A stretch of DNA of 64,000 nt, taken from assembly GCA_004764695.1 (NCBI GenBank), contig SMSO01000025.1:2170001-2234000 (forward strand). Reading direction: 5' to 3'. The notes beneath the pieces were generated by a model. It did no database searches. It had not been told where the DNA came from and worked only from the letters and a program-made list of their open reading frames with translations. The stretch comes from Schizochytrium sp. TIO01 (Eukaryota; Protista; Bigyra: Labyrinthulomycetes). Shown one piece after another: positions 1 to 11,625 of this stretch; the stretch's first letter is position 1, and each line of letters begins with the position of its first letter. Made by a program: the position numbers and the translations under genes.

Positions 1-706
1 ACATGAGAGCGCTCTCAAGCGGTTGACTTCTATAGTTACTTCTATATAGTGCTTACCTACCTACCTTCACCTCATCGCACAACAAAAGTAATATTGCATA
101 ACTGCCGAGTGATTTCTATCCACGTGCATTCTTCTTTGCCGTCAAAGCCCAAGTTTGACTGTCAGGTAGCTCGCGGGGCCCAGCAGGGGTAGGCCTGGCT
201 GTGTCTGAAATTAAACTAGCTTTGGGCGCAAGGGAGGGCTGCCGGGATTGTTGATGTCTTCGACTTGGGCTGATCTAAAGTTCTGAGTTTCCCTGAAAAG
301 TTCTTCCTCAATGGGTCGCTTCATTCTTTTTCTTTTCCCCACTGCCGATGGGAATCCTAACTCCTTAAGTGCCCCCCTTCTCGAAGTCTTCTCCACTTTA
401 CCTCCTTGGGCTAGCGCATTACTTCAAGCTACTTAGCAAGTTTTAAAATATGTGTCTAACTCCCACAATAACCCCATATAAGACTGGTTAGTAAGCAAAC
501 ATCTGCTCTCAGAGGGTACATTACTTAGTTGAAGTCCAATCTGCTCAGGCACCCACTCGTGCTCCGATTGTTCTTGCTGCCGATTTACTCCTCGCAGATT
601 GATTCAGGCGTCTTGTCGGTGCTGTTCGACTTCCCGCCGTTGGTTCCATTCCTCTTGTCGCTTTTTGCCGGTCTCGTCGTTCTCTCCGGTCTCTTTTGCT
701 CATCCG

Positions 707-1762
707 ATGTCGTTCAAGTCAGGCGCCTCCATGGCCATGGCCTTGAGCCGCGCTTCTATGGCCTCTCAGCGTTCTCTGCGCTCGCTGCGCTCTCTACGCT
801 CTGGTCTCCCCGGCGCGCTCTCTATCCGCTCTGCTTCAGTTCTCTGCCCTCGTCTCCTCAGCCCTATTTCCACTCAGGGTGTTCGGAGTCTATCCTCTTC
901 TGGCTCGTCTTCAGGCTCGTCTCCTTCGTCCACGCCGCCGCCCCCTGGGGAGTTTGTGCGCAAAGGTGACATGGTGGAGGTGGACCTGCTGATTCGCGAT
1001 CCCAGTGAGTCCGCAAATGGCGGTGTCCTTGTTGATACTTCTGTTGAGGGATCTCCTGTGAGCTTTGTGGTCGGCATGGGCCAAGTCATCGTAGGGTTGG
1101 AACAGCGCGTCCTGGGCATGCGTCTTGGGGAGTCGTGGAAAGCGACCCTGGGCCCTGATGAGGCTTTTGGACATATTTCCCAGGATCTTGTGGTCAAAAT
1201 TCCTTTGCGCAAGGACGAAGATGGCCGGATTGTCGAGACTGTGCCCGAAATTGACCACGTCGTGCGCTTGAGCAATGGAGCTGTTGGCACAGTGGTGTCA
1301 GTTACTGATGACTTTGTGGAGATTGACACTAACCACAAGATGGCAGGCAAGGACATTGAGGTTGAACTCAAGCTACGTGAGATTAAGGACCAGCTTGAGG
1401 AGGCGTGGTCTGGCGTACGCGTAGAGACTGTCACGGAGGGTGACAAGATGAACTACCCCAGAAATGGAGACATGGTCCATGTTCATTACACCTGCCAGCT
1501 CGCGAGCACCGGCAAGATTGTCGACTCGTCGGAGGCTACAGGACGCCCCCTTAGCTTCCAGATTGGCACGGGCCGAGTCATTCCTGGCTGGGATCAGGGA
1601 CTTCTCCGCGTTAGCCTTGGCGAGCGTGCGCGCCTTTATGTTGCTTCTGAGTTTGCCTATGGCTCTAAGGGTGCTGGTGGTGGTGTGATCCCCCCTAACG
1701 AGAACCTTGTCTTTGATATTGAGCTCATCGGTATCAACACTCTCCGCCCGCCTTCTCCTTAA
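707..1762 (+). CDS. Two-domain FKBP-type peptidyl-prolyl isomerase (SlyD/SlpA-like domain + FKBP12-like domain), probable mitochondrial presequence
   Basis: ORF 599..1762 starts at a non-ATG codon; first in-frame ATG is 707 (alternatives 731, 737). The N-terminus is Ser/Arg/Leu-rich and lacks acidic residues. Domain 1: 'SFVVGMGQVIVGLEQRVLGMRLGE..ATLGPDEAFG..IDTNHKMAGKDI'. Domain 2: 'GDMVHVHYT..VDSS..PLSFQIGTGRVIPGWDQGL..GERARL..AYG..IPPNENLVFDIELI'. Confidence 0.9.
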   Translation: MSFKSGASMAMALSRASMASQRSLRSLRSLRSGLPGALSIRSASVLCPRLLSPISTQGVRSLSSSGSSSGSSPSSTPPPPGEFVRKGDMVEVDLLIRDPSESANGGVLVDTSVEGSPVSFVVGMGQVIVGLEQRVLGMRLGESWKATLGPDEAFGHISQDLVVKIPLRKDEDGRIVETVPEIDHVVRLSNGAVGTVVSVTDDFVEIDTNHKMAGKDIEVELKLREIKDQLEEAWSGVRVETVTEGDKMNYPRNGDMVHVHYTCQLASTGKIVDSSEATGRPLSFQIGTGRVIPGWDQGLLRVSLGERARLYVASEFAYGSKGAGGGVIPPNENLVFDIELIGINTLRPPSP

Positions 1763-2201
1763 GCAGCGTGTGCATAGATTGATTGATCATGCGATTGGCT
1801 GATTAGTTGATTAATTTCATGCGTTCAAGAAGTTGCCAGGGAAACACTTTATACCCTTAACTTGAAATAAGTGAAGGAGTTAGGTTTGGAGTCCTTTGAT
1901 ATTTCCTCATATGCTTCAAATGAGCGTTATTGGAGCTATTCAGGCACATCCTTACGATTGCCTCCTAAGGGACCATGTGAGATTATCCATCGAGTATCCA
2001 TTTAGCAGAATATCGCGCTTGCTCTGATAGTATTTCTTATTGAAACTTCTAAACTTCTTTTCTGCTTTTGACATACACAGGTACGAAAGCAACGACAGTG
2101 ATTAAATTACATTAAAATATCTGACACATTTGCGAATATTTGACAATCCAAACTAAATGGAGAAAACAAAAGGTGATTAAAGAGCTTGAAGGAACAGATA
2201 T

Positions 2202-4510
2202 CTAAGCATCTGAACTTTCAGAGCTTTCTGAATCAACGTCTTCCAATGACAGAAGTCCTAGTTCCTCACTTGGATCTGACAGTTTCTTAAGAGATGTAGA
2301 AGCGTCCGGGGTTATACCGTAGAGCTCATTATCAATTCGCTCCTTGTCTAGCTGATGCCTACGGAGAAGCTCAACAGAGTCAGTGCATAGACTACGCGTA
2401 ACAATGTGGCGCACGTTTTTAGGCAATTTACGAGCTTTTTCACGCCAATGAACCTCTTCCAAAGGAATCTGTGCCCTTCGCTTATGGTTATGCTTCGGGC
2501 CATATGCATGCAAAATCATATCACAGTCTGCACAATATTCTGCGTTGCATGAGACACAGCGAATTGTGGCTTCATTCTTACAAGATGGATCTTCGCACCA
2601 GCCTTCGCTATTAAGCAGGTATGGTTCAGCCCAAAGAGTGTCTTGTGTTGCCGGGCAATGAAAGTAAAACTGCTTGCTCTCTTGATCCAATATTTTCTGC
2701 CATTGCCAATCGCGCACAAGTTTATCGTCTACCTCACGAAGGAGCAGAAATTTTTTATATAAATAACCAACTTTCTCTACATGTGCATCGTTGCGATCTT
2801 TGATAATCTCTGCGATTAAGGTGTTCTGGTCGCAAGCCTTACGAGCAATATATTCGTTTCTCGCTCTCTCTTCACCAGCTTGTCGTGCTTTCTTTGTAAT
2901 CATACCCAATCGATTAGTGCTGTTCTCGTCGCGGAGAGCATGCTCACCACCAACAATTCGAAGGTGATCTCGACCTTCCGGTGTTCTGAAAAAGGCTCTC
3001 GCTTCTTCTTCCACTAAAGCAATCGCTTGTACATATAGTTGCTTCTCGGCTTCATCAATACATTCTTTGCCGACTTTTTCAAGTTTATTGACAGCATTTT
3101 GAAAATCTTGTTTTGCTTTAGCCGCGGCTTGGGCGAGAACCTCATTCTCGGCAAGTTGCTCTTCCTCTTGAGACGCGAAGATTTCCATACTTTTCTGTTC
3201 ATAGGCTTCTACTGCTCTTAGATAAGCAACCTGACATCGTTTAACCAATTTGAGGGTATTTGATGCGTCTTCCCGCGTTGCAGTGCGTTTAATTGTTTCG
3301 TTGAATTCATAGATGTTTCCCTCTGAATCTGCTTCACTTTCCTCCAGAATTGCCGGGTTCAGGCCACTGATGAGCTTCTTCTGTGTATTGAGGCTAGAAC
3401 TATCTTCAACAGAGCGCGATAGTAGACCGCTACCAAGACTTGATGACTTGATGCCACCCACAATAGATCCATCCAATGGAGATACACTTGGAACGAAATC
3501 CGGGACAACACGACCTCCTGCAAGAGCACTGTTGCTAGAAACTTGAGAAAGTCGCATGGTTTTCTGTTTTTCCACTATATCCCGGCGTTTTCGTAAGAGG
3601 ATATTATCCGTGGGTTCAAGCTCACCAAACGTTTCAGTACGTAGCTTCGTTCGAGCTTCCCAGAAGTTTAATCCCAACAAGCGATTGCGTAAGTTCGCTT
3701 GCACTTGAACAACTGGGCGTAGTAAAGACTCATGTTTTTCTGCGAATACTGTAAAATCCTGTAGGTTCATTTCCTCAGTAATTTCAGAGACTATTGCTTG
3801 CATACTAGCAGGTGTCTCAGGTGAATTGTGGACCATACGTACGAGCGCGTCGCATTGGTATTTGTTGATTGTCATTTTGTGGTCAACATCAAAAATATCC
3901 ATCGAATACTTGCACAATCTTGTAAAGTTAAGAGTACAAAAGTTCCAAACACCGACAACAAATTCTTCAAAACTAAGATTCTCGCTTCCGTCAAGGTCAA
4001 ATTCACCAAACAGTCGATCAACAAATTTTGATCTTGTGATGCCATAGAAGTTGTAGAATTCTTCGAGTCCAATCCCGCCCGAGCCACTAAGGTATAATAA
4101 TATCCAGAAGTTAGTTAAAGTTCCAGACCAGGGCCTCACTTCTTCTATACATTTGAACTTACTCTTGATCCAAGTCAACAAAGGTTTGGAATAGTCGGAG
4201 ACCAATGTTTCCATTCGAATCATCCTTCTTTGACAAACTTATTACTATTCATTCCATTAATTTAAACTGTTAGGTTCATTTTCTACATACTATGCATGCG
4301 TCTACAACTTACGTTGAATGCTCTCAAGAGTTTCCATAAGACCATTTTCAACTTTGAGCGTGTAGAACTCTTTCAGAGTCATGCTCTGGGATCAAAGTCG
4401 TGAGTTAGCCTTGTAAGTTGATGTCTACATATCAATACAGTTTGGCTTTGTGTATCGAGTGGGTTCCAGATTCTAACGCAATATTATCATGGCACTAAAC
4501 TTACCCCCAT
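2202..4510 (-). CDS. Calcineurin-B-like EF-hand protein with coiled coil, WW domain and B-box zinc finger (4 exons)
   Basis: Proposed exons 4510-4505, 4385-4313, 4244-4163, 4086-2202, with GTAAG donors and CAG/TAG acceptors, all in phase. Splicing 4162-4087 restores the EF loop 'DLDQDGSGGIGLEEF'; a second loop is 'DLDGSENLSFEEF'. WW: 'WQKILDQESKQFYFHCPATQDTLWAEP'. B-box: 'CEDPSCKNEATIRCVSCNAEYCADCDMILH..HNH'. The start codon (4510 versus the ATG in exon 2) is uncertain. Confidence 0.8.
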
Positions 4511-5099
4511 ATACGGCCGCCATGGCATTTGCTGTCCTCCGCAAACCATTGTGAAAGACAACTATTGTGAACAGCCAAGCCCAATTATACTCTCAACCTC
4601 TTTTGAGGCTTTGTTTAGCTCCTCTGATGAGACAGGAGGCCACGCGTTTCGGCTTCTCAGCACAGCTTAAAGTTGCGTTTGCGTTCTCCGCGTCACACTG
4701 GCTTCAAATGGGTTTCCTCGCCTTTCGTCGCAGCAGCTTTACCCTACCAGACCATTTCGTTTGTTCTTATAATTCTTCAGATTGATGAAGAGCTCCTGAC
4801 TCAAGGTTTTATTATACGTGATGTACATTCACAAATAAATGTACTTCAGAACTCATGTGTCGGTTGAGCAGTATCGTGCACGATGTTGTAATTTAGGTAT
4901 TTAGCTAGTCACTATTCGAGTAGTAAGTAGGTAGGTAGTCTCAACAAGAGAATGGGTGAAATTATATAGTTACGGTGGACGCATGGGCAAATTTCGATGC
5001 TCGCTCTTTTTTGACTGACCAGAGCAAATAGATTTGCAAACTCTAGTCTCATGCGCTCGTAGAGTACAACGCTTTCAATTGCAAAACTTGGGCGCTGCT

Positions 5100-8000
5100 A
5101 TGCGTATCCAAAGGCAAGGTGGCTTCCAAGCCTTCGAGGCACCTTCATTACATGCAAATTCTCAAGAAGACTCATGCTCGTCGCGCTGGCAGGCGGACGG
5201 AAGGGGTGCCGATGGCAATGCTCGAATCAAAGAGTTGAGTCGATTGAATAGATCAGAGGAGGCACTTGCACTTCTTCGAAAACAATTCCAGATCTACAAA
5301 GCATCGCAAGAGCTACCAAACCATCTTAACCTCATGGGGATCTTTCATGAAGGGCCTCTTGTGCAGAAACGCGAAGAAGAAGCCAAGGTAGTAGTTGAGC
5401 AGGAGCTTCTGGGAGATGTTGGGGAGACCCCAGTCCTAGGTGGGCTTCCCCACAAACTCTTGAATGAGCTTTTAGAGTGGCTTTCTGGCAAAGACCTGCT
5501 TGCAATGGGAGCTACGAGCTTTGGTACGTCACGACATTTGGAATGATGGATAATTTACAAGGCAGCTAGCTTCTTGATTTACGAAACTTGCTTTGCGGAA
5601 AAAGTGATTCCAGCAAAATGAAAGAACCGAGGAACTAACCTTAAACATTGCGATATACACGATTCTATGATTTGTATGCTGCTATTATGAATGCTATGCA
5701 TAATTTAGGTTTAAATGTGTTCTGCAATGAGGAGCCATTATGGATGGCCCTTTGCCTACGTGACTTTAAAGGGGCCATACAGCGTGATGGGACATGGAAA
5801 TTGACCTGGGTGCTTACGAAGGGCCTCGTGTGGCGTGGGAATCCTTATCTTCGGCTGAAAAATTACAACCAGAATCCCCAGGACCAAGTGTTTTATAATA
5901 TTTCTCGTCCAGCATTTCGTTCAACATTTCTCAGCAACCGGTATTACTGCTGCCATGTTAATTTAAACGGGTTTTATCCTACAGAGGAACGCATTGAGCG
6001 CGTGCATATTTCTGATCGCGAGCGACTAAATCCTGCAGCATTCACACTCGAGTTTGACCTTCCAAGAAAGCCAGTGGTCATTCAGGGCGCTATTGACTCA
6101 TGGCCTGCAATGAAAAAGTGGTCTATTGAAGACCTTGCTTTACGCTGCGGGGAAAATATCAAATGGAGTGTTTCCCATGCGATCGATGAGGTGCCACAGT
6201 TTGACGTATCTTTAACGCAATACAGCACGTACATGCATAAGCAAACAGATGAAACACCTTTGTACATTTTCGACTCTGGTTTTGGAGAAAAGGTTCCAGA
6301 AATGCTGCAGGAATATTCTTTGGATACCTTTGGTGGGCTCTTCAAAGAAGATTGGCTTAGCGTTCTTGGGAAAGAAGGTCGCCCGAAGTTCCGCTGGTTT
6401 GTTGCCGGTCCAGCTCGTACTGGTGCTCCATGGCATAAGGATCCTAGCTACACAAGTGCTTGGAATGCTCTGGTGCGCGGTCGCAAGAGATGGGCTCTAT
6501 ACCCTCCTGGCAAGACCCCTCCCGGGGTAGGCGTTGCTTACGAGAACGATGAAGATGAATGCCCAGAGGATGTAGCAACGCCCTCAAGCTTGCGTTGGTT
6601 CCTCGACGTCTACCCGAGTCTTTCCTTGGAAGAGCGACCTCTGGAGATTATTCAAGAGGCTGGCGACACAATTTTTGTTCCTGCAGGTTGGTGGCACCTG
6701 GTCCTTAATCTCGAAGATACAGTGAGTGTAACACAAAATTTTGTTAACCAGGCAAATGTGCGTGCGGCAACAATGGAGTTGTGGTCGGACCGTGGTGGGG
6801 AGTTTGTGGAAAATTGGGCACTCAAAATGCAACAGCAAATGCCATCCCTCACCCCACTTATCGACAAGGTCCTTTTGCCTCTTCGAGAGGGTTATCCCAA
6901 TGGCTCGGCATATTCATCATCTTTTCACGATCTAGAAGGATGGGTGGACAAATTGAGCGCAGTTTTAAGGCACCACAAGTTGATATCTGGGCTCAAGAGC
7001 GACCCACCATTGCATGTAAGTGCCTTCCAGGTGTTGGGGAGGCGCCTGAACCCAACCTTTGAACATTTAGAGTCAGGTCTAGTTATCAAGTTCTTCTCGC
7101 ACTTTGGTCAAGGTGACCTGGATGCAGGGTCCGCCGCAATCGAATCTCCATGGGAACATGACGGTCATGGAGCTTACCGAAGCGAAGTCGGATCATTATT
7201 GCTGTACGATTCAGTGCACCATTCTGGAAATCTCCCAGATAATTTACCTCACCTTGTTGCTCATGGCGAATATTACTCTGAAGGGTATGGCTTGTCTTGG
7301 CGCTGGCCATATGTAATCGAGACGCGAGTTCCAGGGCAGACCTTAGGGAAAGTACGCGAAGCTCTCTTACAAAAAGTTCTTGATCAATCCTCTGCAGCTG
7401 CGTCTGGGGGTGGTTGGAGTGTTCCGAGCGTACCTACAACTCTTGAGTCCCAGTCTCTTGAGGAACATCCTAAAGATCACAGTGCAAGTATGCTGTCTCT
7501 TGCTTCCTGGCTCGGCGCTCGTTTGCGAGTATTGCATGACCTTTCGCAAATCACAGGACCTGGACCTACAGTGCTGTATCAGCATATGGAGTCCTTTACC
7601 AGACTTTTGCAGATCCAGCGCAAATATGCAGTAAGCTCTCATCTACGGAAAGCTCTGTTGCCTGCGCCCCTTTTGGAGAGCATGGCCAATTACATCGATA
7701 CGAACTGGGCAGGCTTGTGCTGCGTCCCAAGCCACGACTACGTCGGCTTGCACGGGGACCTTCAAGAGGAGAACGTGATGGTGCAATGTGATGCTTTGAG
7801 TGAAGTGGCAAAGACCGAGTCATATCTTTTGCAAGTGTGGGGGGGACTTTTGGCAGGTGAGGAAAATTATTTGCATGCTTTGGTCCATCGATTAGTTCAT
7901 GTCGACAAGTTGCGCCTCAGTGCATTAATCTTCGTCGATGATCATGATCTTGTAGAGCTCGGAGTCCCCTTTGGTCTGAGAAAGGCTCTCCTGCGAGGCA

Positions 8001-8473
8001 TTGCACAGTTGAGACGAGAGACAGAGCTAGGCCCAGGTGCGTCGCAGGGGGTGGGAGCATGCAGTTCTATCTTCGCGGACCATTACAAAGATTCTTCAGG
8101 CTATTTAGCAGGACAAAATTCAAGCTCAGGAGTAAAATCGGGCAAGGCAGCGATTGATTTTCGTCCTGTTGGTATAATTGATTACGGCGATGCACGTGCT
8201 GGTGATGCGTTATACGATTTTGTGGCAGTTCAAATTAGCACATTTCGCTGTGAATCTGCATCTTGGACAAGATTCATGCAAGCCTATAGATGCGATCACC
8301 CTCATATCCAAGCTCGATTAGCTCAGGGAAGTCGCCTTTCAGACATCATGATGTGCTTTACAATCTTACATCCTTGTGGAGCACTCGAGCTCGCCAAGGA
8401 GTACCGGCCGCAATTATTTTCAGGGACGTTGTCCTGGTCTCTGATTGCTGAGCAACTCTTTCCTTTTGCCTAG
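5100..8473 (+). CDS. F-box + JmjC (JMJD6-like) dioxygenase with C-terminal APH/choline-kinase-like domain containing a SAM-like insert (2 exons)
   Basis: Exons 5100-5523 and 5709-8473; intron GTACGT...ACTAAC...TTTAG is in phase. F-box-like: 'LGGLPHKLLNELLEWLSGKDL..LNVFCNEEPLWMALCL'. JmjC: 'DETPLYIFD', 'FRWFVAGPARTGAPWHKDP..TSAWNALVRGRKRWALYPP', 'FVPAGWWHLVLNL..TQNF', with the H-x-D..H triad intact. Kinase-like motifs: 'HGDLQEENV' and 'GIIDYGDA'. Confidence 0.88.
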
Positions 8474-11400
8474 AGATACTGACCATTACAGAAGTTCCCG
8501 CTCCTTTAAAAGAAAGAAAAACGAGAAAAGAAAAGAAAAGAAATGAAATTAAAAAAAGCAATGAATTTTTAGCCTCGTCCGGGTTTCCGACAAAGGTGTT
8601 TGACCTGTGATACTCTTTTTGCGCTGCTTCTAGACTCTCATGATGCTTTTATTAAAGGCGTGAACACACACCGTACCCACCTGCACGTCGCGGTGTTTCA
8701 TCGTGTCGTCATCATTAAAAAAAAAAAAGATCAATAGTAGGCCTAGTTGGAGAACTTAAGCAATAACATTTATAAAAATCAAAATTCCTTTTTTAAATTG
8801 AAACTAACAATAGCATTATTTTTGTTTTAACAAAAAGAAGAAAATAAGTATTCTATAGGCCTACGACGGGACCTAGGCATATTCATCTTGTGCAATTGCT
8901 ACAAACTTTTCAGCGACTACCTCTACAAGTAGAAGAAAAGGCCTTTTTGTTTTCACGAATCAACGCCCTTTTACAGTAATTCCAATCACTCGATGTCCTG
9001 GGCTTTTCGACCACCTGTGATCAATTGCTCAAGGCATCAAACGCACCAGGCTTTACACACTTAGAGAGCCCAAACGCCTGAGTCCCCAGCCGAGCAGGGA
9101 TCTGCATATCCTAATTGAAGTACTGCCAGTACTAGGTCCCTCCCTGCCTAGAAGACAAGCTGCCATCCTAGTCCAACTCTCCATCTCGTTCGGCACACAC
9201 CTGCTGAGGGTACTTCTTTAAGAGATAACATAGTTAACATAAAAGCATTCGAGTTGAAGTTGCCGGGGCTGGCCTTGCACACGAAGCAATCGCACACCCG
9301 ACAACTACCTAACTTGAAGATATTCTCTAGAGCAAGCCTCAGGGAGCCCGACAATGCACACATTGTAGTAGGGTACCTCCTTTGAATTTTCCAAGACCTA
9401 GACCGAGCTGCACGTCTCGGCTCTCGGAGAACAGCGCGAATCAAGACTTCAACTTGAACTTGTGCAAGCAGATAGATATTCCAAAACAATTGGAATCGTA
9501 CAATCGCATGGTATGAAAATATTTATTCAAGTTCTGAAGGCTCTCTCCAGCAGAATACGGGACCTATAGGGTGAACTTAAGTTTATACCTTTCAAGTTTG
9601 TTTCTTCTGGAAAAACTCGTACTAACTACTGCTATCTAGGTACCTAGTGTTGTTCTATCTATCACCTTGGAATCAAATCCACATTATCGTAGTAAGGTCC
9701 TTCAAAACAAGCCTCCCGACAGTCAGTCAGACTCTGATTGCAAAAAATCTTTGCCTCACGCCAATAAGCGTACACACGCCACGCACACGGTCCCAGTACA
9801 CACCTCCTCACAAGAGAATAGCTATAACTCAGACTATGGCGACCTCCATTTCAAAGATCATCGGATCATGAAGTTGATCAAGATAGTTATCATACACAAC
9901 TTGAAGACTAGGTGTACTCATGCTTAAAGCAAAGTGGGCACGTGCATAAAACTAATTGCCGGCTCTTCTACCATGACGAGAAATAACGCTACCTAGTACT
10001 GAGCTCTAAGTTATTCTAATTTATGTTTTATATTCTTGTCTTCATCTTTTCATAGATAACAATGGAACGAGGTCGAGCGGGGGAATGATTATCTTTATGT
10101 AGTCTCGGTGAGGGTCGTGGCTTCCTCTTCACTATAATTGCCAATGAGCGTGTACTGTGTCAACGTTGCTTCGGCTTGAGTTGTTAGTTGAACACTCGAA
10201 GCAGCGAGCGAGCGAGCGAGCGAGGGACGACCTCAAGGTATCGATCTTTCTCACTCATCGTAGGTTAAGTGCGAGAGTCTTAACTGCAAAGTTGTCTTGG
10301 CCTCAAGACTTGCCTATTTCGAAACCATTTCAGCCTCTGTTGAGCTCACTGCCTTGTTCTTCTTCTCCTTCAAGTTGGAGGCACCACGTGGAGAGTGTTA
10401 TAAAAGTGTGTTAGTCCACGTGGTGTTGGTGCAATGGCGCTTATCAGTGCTTACAGGGACAATGGCACTACAATGCTACCATTTCCATATCGCGGCATTA
10501 AATTGTTATCAAAGAATGACACCTTCATTGATGTGTTGAGAGGGAACTGCTCGATGCGCTGCAAAATGCTCGGTAGGTGGTGCACAATATAGATAACTCG
10601 GACCTAACAGGAAGTGTTTCATGGGCGATTCGTGGGTGAAATAGTGCACCGACAGGGAGGGAGTGAACGGCATTTCTAAAGCATTCTGGTTAGAGTAGGA
10701 ACTTGACAGAGCGTCTGGCCGCATCACTAGGTACCTAGCAGTATTGAGGTCATTCCATATAAAAAATCCGGAGTCAGTCCAGGCTCGGCTAACTTAGGAG
10801 ATTCGTACTCATCGACATACTTTTAGTTTTCTTTTGAGTTTGATGAGTTGCTGATATCTTTCTTTTTTGGCATCGTCGTCCCTTAATTTAGTGTCTGATC
10901 CTTTCCCTCTTTTCAAGTAAAGTTGACATTGTAAATATTGCTTCAGTATAAGTTCAAAAAAGCCAAGTTCAAACTCGAGCCGCTGTGTGCACTCACAAAG
11001 TCTGCATCACTGGCTAATTCTACATAGTTCTTTCTGTGGGTTAAGCACACAAGGGCGGATCACTCTCGAAGACATTCTCTCATCATCTGATGCCCAGCTT
11101 TTAGATTTTTTCATAGTTTTGTGAATCGAGCTGTCTGTCCGCTAAAGGTAGTTCTTGTTTTTCGAGTGCTCACTGCTCGATCTGTCCAAGTATAAGCGTC
11201 TAACGCAAACTCAAATTGAAGGTGTTTGCTTGCCAGGTGGTTTGTGCGAGTTTAATCTTCACGCGCCGCGTTGCGACTTCCACGTGCTGTGGTCTCTCTG
11301 TCTGCAATGCGAAGTTTTATTATTTATTCATTCTGTAGAGAATTACTTTAGTCACAGGCTAGTTAGTACCTAGCATTATTCTGTTTTATCTTTATTCCAG

Positions 11401-11589
11401 TTACTAACAATGGTTTCTTTAAAAGTTTTATTTGTTTTTTTAAAAATGATGAAGAGGAAAAAGAGAAAAGGTAATAGGTAAAATAGTAAATAAATAATAA
11501 ATGACTTATAATTTGAATGATAGGAGTACTTCAAAGCATTAGGCATATTATTTCAATTAAAAAAATAGAAGCTAAAACTTAAAAAAAGA

Positions 11590-11625
11590 CTAAAACTAAA
11601 ACTAAAACTAAAACTAAAACTAAAA
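11590..11625 (+). repeat. (CTAAAA)6 hexanucleotide repeat
   Basis: Read directly from the sequence. Confidence 0.9.

Noticed and set aside
211-396. 61-aa minus-strand ORF
   Set aside because: Non-ATG start and no recognisable homology; it cannot be judged at the window edge.
11590-11625. (CTAAAA)6 and CCTACAACCTAAAA x2 (~20104) as interstitial telomere repeats
   Set aside because: Too short, and they do not match a TTAGG/TTAGGG/TTTAGGG unit.
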